From Octopus vulgaris (lineage: Eukaryota), in NCBI GenBank assembly GCA_951406725.2, contig OX597835.1:23498001-23562000 (forward strand): a stretch of 64,000 nucleotides of DNA, in the 5' to 3' direction. The translations under genes were made by a program, and so were the position numbers. This document shows positions 58,302 through 64,000 of the stretch, piece after piece; position 1 is the first letter of the stretch, and each line of letters opens with the position of its first letter. The notes under the pieces are model-generated. The model saw nothing but the letters and a program-made list of their open reading frames with translations, was not told the origin of the DNA and did not search any database.

Positions 58302-60576
58302 GCGTGCTTGTGTGTCTGTGTTTGTTCCCCTAGCATTGCTTGACAACCAATGCTGATGTGTTTACGTCCCCGTCACTTAGCGATTCGGCAAAAGAGACCG
58401 ATAAAATAAGTACTGGGCTTACAAAGAATAAGTCCCGGGGTCAATTTGCTCGACTAAAGTCGGTGCTCCAGCATGGCCGCAGTCAAATGACTGAAACAAG
58501 TAAAAGAAAAAAATATATATGTGTGTGTGTGGGTGTGTGTTTGTCCTCCCATCACTGCGTGACAACCGTTGTTGGTGTGTTTACATCCCCATAAGTTAGC
58601 AGTTTGGCAAAAGAAACCGATAGAATAAACACTAGGCTTAAGAAATAAGTCCTGGGATCGAATTGTTTGACTAAAACCATCTCAAGGCAATGCTACAGCA
58701 TGGTCACAGTCAAATAACTGAAACAAGTAAAAGAATATGTGTGATCCCATGCCAGCCCGTCTGCATCCTCCAAGGTGACGTTCAGCCTCTGGACATCTTC
58801 CTCAATCATGTCCAGTTGTTAAAATTTTGAAATGACGATTTTTTTTTTTTTGCAGATTCGGAATTTCCGGAGTCGAAAAAGTGGGTTTCCGCAGGGAAAA
58901 AAACACCAAAAAAAAAAAACCGAAAGGGGGTGCGGTCCATGTCCTTTACCTCCGCCCTTGGAACCTTCCCTGCATTGGATCTGGAACTCGCAATAGATTG
59001 TGAAACTTCCTGCCAACATTCATGTGTATAATTTCATGTACATGTATGCTTATATGAATACGAATATTGATTTGTGCATGTATATGTAAGTGTTTGGACA
59101 TGTCTGTATATGCATTGATTACGTGAGAGTAGGTATACGGTGCGAGCTGGCAGACACGTTAGCGCGCCGGGCGAAATGCTTAACGGTATTTCGTCTGTCG
59201 CTACGTTCTAAGTTCAAATTCCGCCGTGGACGCCTTTCATCCTTTCGGGATCGATAAATAAAGTACCAGTTACGCACTGGGGTCGATGTAATCGACTTAA
59301 TACCTATGTCTGTCCTTGTTTGTCCCCTCTGTGTTTAGCCCCTTGTGGGTAATAAAGAAATAGGTATTTCGTCTGTCGCTAAGTTCAAATTCCGCCGTGG
59401 ACGACTTTGCCTTTCATCCTTTCGGGGTCGATAAATAAAGTACCAGTTTCGCACTGGGGTTGATGTAATCGATTTAATCCCCTTTATCTGTCCTTGTTTG
59501 TCCCCCCTGTGATTAACCTCTTGTGGGTAGTAAAGAAATATATATATACAGATATGCTAATCGGATGTCCTGATTATTAAAATACTTTGATCCAAGAATC
59601 CTACAAATAATTACACACACACACAAATTTAGGATGTTAAACATAAAATTCACCTATTACTTCTATTTATTTTAACTGAGCGAGAAAGGTGAAAGAAGTA
59701 AAGTCGATTTCGACAGGATTCGAAATTAAAAATGAGAGGAACAAATGAAAACAGTATGAAATAATCCTTCCTTATTTTAGTACAAGGCCAGTTCGTCTGC
59801 CGTTACGTTCTGAGTTCAAATTCCACCGAGATTGACTTTGCCTTTCATCCTTTCGGGATCGATAAATAAAGTACCAGTTACGCAGTGGGGTCGATGTAAT
59901 CGACTTAATCCCTTTGTCTGTCTGTTTTTGTCCCTTCTGTGTTTAACCCATTGTGGGTAATAAAGAAATATATTTTGGTACAAGGCCAGCAATCGCGAGG
60001 TGGGAGGTAGAAAATTGATTATATAGACCCACAGGGCTCACTGCTACTTATTTTATCGATCCCAAAAGGATGAAAAGCAAAGTCGACCTTGGCAGAATTT
60101 GAACTCAGAACAAAAAGACGGACGAAGTGCCGTTAAGCATTTTGCCCGGTGCGCAAACGATTCCGCCAGCGTGCGTTACCGTCTCCGGTGTAAAGACATG
60201 AAGTGACCCCACCATTTCACGTTACCGCCCGGTAATCTGAAATCGATTTCAAATTGACCCCGGGAGTAGCCTGAACCCGAGTTCAAATTAGAAAAGAAGA
60301 AAAATACAAACCGAAGTTAGTCTTTAAAAACTCAAATTTCGGTTTCCCTTGCTCGTCTACCCATTCTGCACGACTTCGCCAATGTCGGGTGTGTTTACAA
60401 CTGAATACACACGGCTTGTTAGGGATTAAATAACGGAGGAAGAAGTCTTCGTATGAGATTTCTTCAGAAACATAGTCAACCGACTTAAATGAGGGGAGAT
60501 ATTGTTTCCTTCTCTCATAAATATCTTCTTGTTGAAGGGTTGACGGACAATTGTCGACACAACAGTGAAATTCCAT
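48182..60576 (-). CDS. JMJD4: JmjC domain-containing protein 4 (2-oxoglutarate/Fe(II) lysyl hydroxylase), spliced CDS of 7 exons, 454 aa
   Basis: Joined exons total 1365 nt in frame. Diagnostic JMJD4 motifs: YLIPNKPCVF, LYLKDWHF, SDWLNEFW, DDYRFVYMGPKGSWTPFHADV, SWSANICGKKQW, FVPSGWHHQVWN, DTISINHNWLNG. The HxD...H iron triad is intact. Confidence 0.95.
48861..49210 (+). mobile_element. tRNA-derived SINE (family C)
   Basis: A-box-like tgactcagtggttagagc, degenerate B-box gagtttgattcc, then gtgttcttgagcaag core also seen near 45995. Confidence 0.65.
49766..49909 (-). CDS. JMJD4: JMJD4 exon 6 (144 nt, EDTISINHNWLNG...GWNQQCQ)
   Basis: atgtag / gtgagt. Confidence 0.94.
51280..51826. repeat. 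~35-bp minisatellite (agagtagtttaccacattccataaagac...) abutting the JMJD4 exon 5 donor, interrupted by a SINE
   Basis: About 9-10 degenerate units read directly. Confidence 0.85.
51491..51712 (-). mobile_element. tRNA-derived SINE (family B) flanked by identical 23-bp direct repeats
   Basis: tcaagagtaatttaccacatttc at 51468-51490 and 51713-51735; body matches 59139-59362. Confidence 0.85.
51816..51997 (-). CDS. JMJD4: JMJD4 exon 5 (182 nt, EEVHLRDKFGNLAFDV...FVPSGWHHQVWNV)
   Basis: Weak AAG acceptor (tttattcccaaag), gtaagt donor; carries the distal iron-binding His. Confidence 0.93.
52159..52365 (+). mobile_element. tRNA-derived SINE (family B)
   Basis: gagctggcagaaacgttagc head; B-box gagttcaaattc. 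Confidence 0.82.
52562..52915 (-). mobile_element. tRNA-derived SINE (family A)
   Basis: Reverse complement of 62384-62780. Confidence 0.8.
54595..54680 (-). CDS. JMJD4: JMJD4 exon 4 (86 nt, TPFHADVLHSYSWSANICGKKQWLLFPP)
   Basis: ttttcag / gtactg; HxD motif. Confidence 0.94.
54740..54952 (-). mobile_element. SINE with a well-preserved tRNA-like head (family D)
   Basis: A-box tggcctagtggttagagc and B-box gggttcgattctc on the - strand; no tRNA acceptor stem. Confidence 0.7.
55200..55331 (-). CDS. JMJD4: JMJD4 exon 3 (132 nt, AFPEYNAYKTPLYFCSDWLNEFWD...DDYRFVYMGPKGS)
   Basis: tttcag / gtaaga. Confidence 0.94.
55466..55953 (-). mobile_element. ~490-bp non-coding interspersed element embedded in a (TAA)n microsatellite
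   Basis: (TTA)n on both flanks; partial second copy at ~50735-50898. Confidence 0.65.
56315..56480 (-). CDS. JMJD4: JMJD4 exon 2 (166 nt, NAKVPVAICN...LYLKDWHFV)
   Basis: ttgcag / gtaaga; not in the ORF track. Confidence 0.94.
56676..57210 (+). mobile_element. Retroposon carrying six 62-bp tandem units and a (GAT)n tail, nested in another SINE
   Basis: Unit starts at 56676, 56743, 56805, 56867, 56929, 56991. Host SINE halves lie at ~56575-56650 and ~57210-57452 and are contiguous in the copy near 33235-33365. Confidence 0.82.
57901..58510 (+). mobile_element. Family A SINE with a tandemly duplicated 5' half
   Basis: Head region occurs twice (57901-58062 and 58066-58220), then (TA)n and the 3' body. 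Confidence 0.85.
59139..59540 (+). mobile_element. Family B SINE plus a tandem 5'-truncated copy
   Basis: Second copy restarts at ggtatttcgtctgtcgct (~59363); further copies at ~59790-59972 (+) and ~60050-60172 (-). Confidence 0.85.
60312..60576 (-). CDS. JMJD4: JMJD4 exon 1 (265 nt, MEFHCC...YLIPNKPCVFS...FLKTNF)
   Basis: ATG with an in-frame TGA 9 nt upstream; donor g|gtttgt. Confidence 0.88.
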
Positions 60577-60594
60577 TTCAGTTCAACAGAAACT

Positions 60595-61150
60595 GTTCCC
60601 CCTCTCTAGTTAAAGTTCTACCTGTCTCTTTCTCTCTCTCCTCTCCTTCTCTATTTAAACTTCTATCTATCGGTTTCTCTCCCTCTCTAGTTAAACTTCT
60701 CTCTGTCTCTTTCTCCCTCTCTAGTTAAACTTTTACCTTTCTTCCACGCCCTTTCCTCCCTTCATTATTCTATTTTTCTCTCCCTTTGTTTTATTTCTCT
60801 TTTCCCCTCTCTCTCTCTCTCTTCCTCCTGTCTTTATTCCTCTAAATACTTTTTCTCTCCCTTTATTTTATTTCTCTCTCTCTCCCTCCCTCCCTCTCTC
60901 ATGTCTTTATTCCTCTAAATACTTTTTCTCTCGCTTTATTTTATTTCTCTCTCTCTCTCTCTCTCTCTCTCCCTCCCTCCCTCCTGTCTTCATTCCTCTA
61001 AATACTTTTTCTCTCCCTTTCTCCTTCCCGATTCTCTTCTAAATCTCTTTCAATTCTTTTTGCATTCTGTCTAACTTTCTTTCTCTCTACACGTACCTTA
61101 CATTCGTCTTTCTATCTATTTATTTTACACTCTTCCATTTCTCTTCCCTG
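60595..61150. repeat. CT-rich low-complexity tract upstream of JMJD4 with embedded tandem units (tctctagttaaactt x4; tctttattcctctaaatactttttctctc x3)
   Basis: Units read directly from the sequence. Confidence 0.8.
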
Positions 61151-61621
61151 GCAATTATTAAATAACCTGATTATGACACATTTAAAATTAAAACAAGATG
61201 TTTATTCCCAATTTTTATGTATGTCTTTTATTCCACAACAAACAGAAAATTTGAGTAAATTCCAGTGAATATTCGTTTAACTATAACAATATATGTGGCA
61301 ATCTCCGAGAGAAAGATACGGATCCATCAGCGAGACAATTCTTTGCAGTTAATTTCCTTATGTGACTAGGGAGATGCAAGAACTTCTGATGTATTCGACA
61401 TAGAAAAACTGGTTATTCTGTGTTTAGTCAAAATAAGAAGAATGTAAAATGTATAAGATGTAGTAATTCTAAGACGATGATCTCAAGATTTGGTCGATGT
61501 TTTGTTAACTCTTAACAAACGAGTACAAACACAACACACACAGACATACATACATCTTTTATTCTTTGTTTCAGTCATTGAATTGCGGCCATGCTGGGGC
61601 ACCGCATTGAAAGGTTTAGCC

Positions 61622-62116
61622 CAGGGGTTCCCAACGATTTTTTTATCTATGGACCCCTTTGATTACCATTTTAGGATCTTTTCGGTTTGAACGGCAGTTT
61701 TTAACATAATTTTAAACTTCATATACTGGTAGAATGTGTTTATAAAACATCTTTTTCTATTGGCTTTATTGAGAAAATTCTATAGTTTGTAAGATATCTG
61801 TTCCTAAAACAGATTGAAATGCAATAGATCGATACTAGGGTCATAATTATGGGTGACAATTTCATATGACACCGCTAGAAAAAACTGCCGTTCAAACCGA
61901 AAAGATCCCTATTTTATTCTGGTGGGCCCTCATCATCATTCGAAGTTTAAAAACAACTTTATAGAAACTTCTTTCAAAATTCCTCTAAAGCAACATTTTT
62001 TTCAGGGACCCTTAAAATACTATTGTAGACCATTTACTACTTTGTTGCGTGGATCCCGCTCCTCCCAATTTATATGGACCCCCAGGGGCCATATGGACTC
62101 CGATTGAGAACCCCTA
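61622..62116. mobile_element. hAT-type MITE inserted in an inverted family A SINE
   Basis: Termini caggggttcccaa / ttgagaaccccta; 8-bp TSD gtttagcc / gtttagtc. Confidence 0.8.
61674..61909. mobile_element. MITE with perfect 29-bp terminal inverted repeats and TA flanks, nested in the hAT MITE
   Basis: ggatcttttcggtttgaacggcagttttt (61674-61702) / aaaaactgccgttcaaaccgaaaagatcc (61880-61908). Confidence 0.85.
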
Positions 62117-62383
62117 GTTTAGTCGAACTTGGTACTTATTCTAACGCTCTTTCTTGCCAAATCGCTAACTTACTGGACGTCAGCAAACCGTTACCGGTTG
62201 TCAAGCGGTGTCGGATGGGGGTGGACAAACACAAACACGTGTGTGACGGGCTTATTTCTGTTTCCGTCTACCACTGACAGGGTTTCGGTCGTATCAGGGC
62301 TACAGAAGACACATGCCCAAGATGTCGCGCAGTGGGGCTGCAAACATCTTATCACACAGCTTGCGCAAACTTTTATATATATA

Positions 62384-62780
62384 GGCGCAGGAGTGGCTGT
62401 GTGGTAAGTAGCTTGCTTACCAACCACATGGTTCCGGGTTCAGTCCCACTGCGTGGCATCTTGGGCAAGTGTCTTCTGCTATAGCCCCGGGCCGACCAAT
62501 GCCTTGTGAGTGGATTTCGTAGACGGAAACTGAAAGAAGCCTGTCGTACATATGTATATATATGTATATATGTGTGTGTGTGTTTGTCCCCCTAGCATTG
62601 CTTGACAACCGATGCTGGTGTGTTTACGTCCCCGTCACTTAGCGGTTCGGTAAAAGAGACCGATAGAATAAGTACTGGGCTTACAAAGAATAAGTCCCGG
62701 GGTCGAGCTGCTCGATTAAAGGCGGTGCACCATCATGGCCGCAGTCAAATGACTGAAACAAGTAAAAGAGAGTAAAGAGT
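62384..62780 (+). mobile_element. Full-length, CpG-intact tRNA-derived SINE (family A)
   Basis: A-box tggctgtgtgg, B-box gggttcagtccc, central (TA/TG)n, tail gactgaaacaagtaaaagag; many diverged copies in the window. Confidence 0.88.
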
Positions 62781-64000
62781 ATATATATATATATATTAAA
62801 AATGGGGAAGGCCGGTTATGGGAGTACCTTAGGTTTCCCGTCCATAAAGGTTTAGCTTTATGGTGTATCGTCAGATCCCAAAACCTGTTAGCCCAAGACT
62901 ACATACACACACGCACGCACGCACAGGTACAGGTACATAAGCATGGAAAAAAGACAAGAGGTACACACACACAGAGTACCAACTGCTTGAATCAGCATCT
63001 TAATTAACAACAGCTCTGCAGTAAATGCAGGCTCACACACGGCTATTAAATTAGCTGTCGAAATTTCTCAGCGTAAGTTCTTTAATTTTGCATCTTGATA
63101 GCTAAATTTTTAATTCTTTCAACAGATAATTTAACTGTTATTAGCATATTTTTTTCAATTGAGTGATTAAGAAACAAATAATTGTATATTCGATAGGTTG
63201 GCGAAACCTCTGCTCCAAGCAGACCAGCTGTTTTACAGCCACACTCGTTCTAAACCATTTGTTTTTGGGTTCGAATGCAGCCATGGTCGATTTATCCGTT
63301 TAATTCTATTAAGGCCTCTTTAAAAATTCTACTAAAATGTTCTGGGACCGATTCAAGCATTTATAATCTTGAATTAAGCGTGTACAATAATTCCATCACT
63401 GTTTTACATTTTATTTTGTCAATAAAACATGAGTTACTTGTTAGTATAATTTGTGGGGTCGGGGGTATTTTTTTTTACACTTGGCTGGATATCCTTCCCA
63501 TTAATAACTTCACTTCTGCGAAGACTGAGTGAAAACCGGCTTATTTTGCTTTAAGTTCAGGTAGTTTTTATGTCGTGTGAACGTCTGCAGGCCTTGAAGC
63601 AAGGCTTTTCGGGTGGGGATACCACATAGCCAGATACGAGCGTATCTGTGACAGACCTGGAGGTTGAAGGTTCTATGGTCTTGAGGAAACAGACTAAGGA
63701 TTTTAATACGATGGACAAAATCTTGCAGGTTTTAGTTATAGTAAGTCAGAATAAAATGTTGGAAATACAACATGACATAGAACATCCGAGCGGAGTTTCA
63801 GAATAGCTCACCCCACATAAGTTTAATTTTCTGTTTCGACGGGGATTTTTCGATTTTTTTTCCACTACGCATTTTAAATTGATGGGGGAAGCCTTTTATG
63901 GCAAAAAAATAAATAATAATAATAATAAATAAATGATAATAAAATAAATCAATGAATATAAATTGAAAATCTATGAAATAACTGAAGAAAGTTTTGAATT

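Noticed and set aside
58750-58820. Short - strand stretch translating as LDMIEEDVQRLNVTLEDAD, like a LINE ORF2 C-terminus
   Set aside because: Too short to classify; at most a 3' LINE fragment, not a gene.

Overview
AT-rich, repeat-dense animal genomic DNA. It is most likely from an octopus, inferred from the tRNA-derived SINE families and dense (TA)n/(CA)n microsatellites. Two convergent intron-containing genes can be reconstructed by hand from GT-AG junctions with consistent reading-frame phases. On the + strand is importin subunit beta-1 (KPNB1): 24 coding exons, ATG at 1228, a TGA stop split across the last intron (TG at 38783-38784, A at 39923), 2631 nt = 876 aa, then a ~2.6 kb 3' UTR. 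On the - strand is the JmjC hydroxylase JMJD4: 7 coding exons from 60576 to 48182, 1365 nt = 454 aa. Introns contain several SINE families, TTAA-flanked piggyBac-type MITEs, hAT MITEs with 8-bp target-site duplications (TSDs), nested insertions and minisatellites. Highlights: (1) a ~35-bp minisatellite next to JMJD4 exon 5 whose unit copies that exon's own 5' splice junction; (2) inverted SINEs bracketing the same exon; (3) the split stop codon of KPNB1, with an in-frame backup stop if the intron is retained; (4) a long hairpin in the KPNB1 3' UTR. Almost all entries in the supplied ORF track are spurious or only partly overlap true exons. Repeat boundaries are approximate unless terminal repeats or TSDs are quoted.
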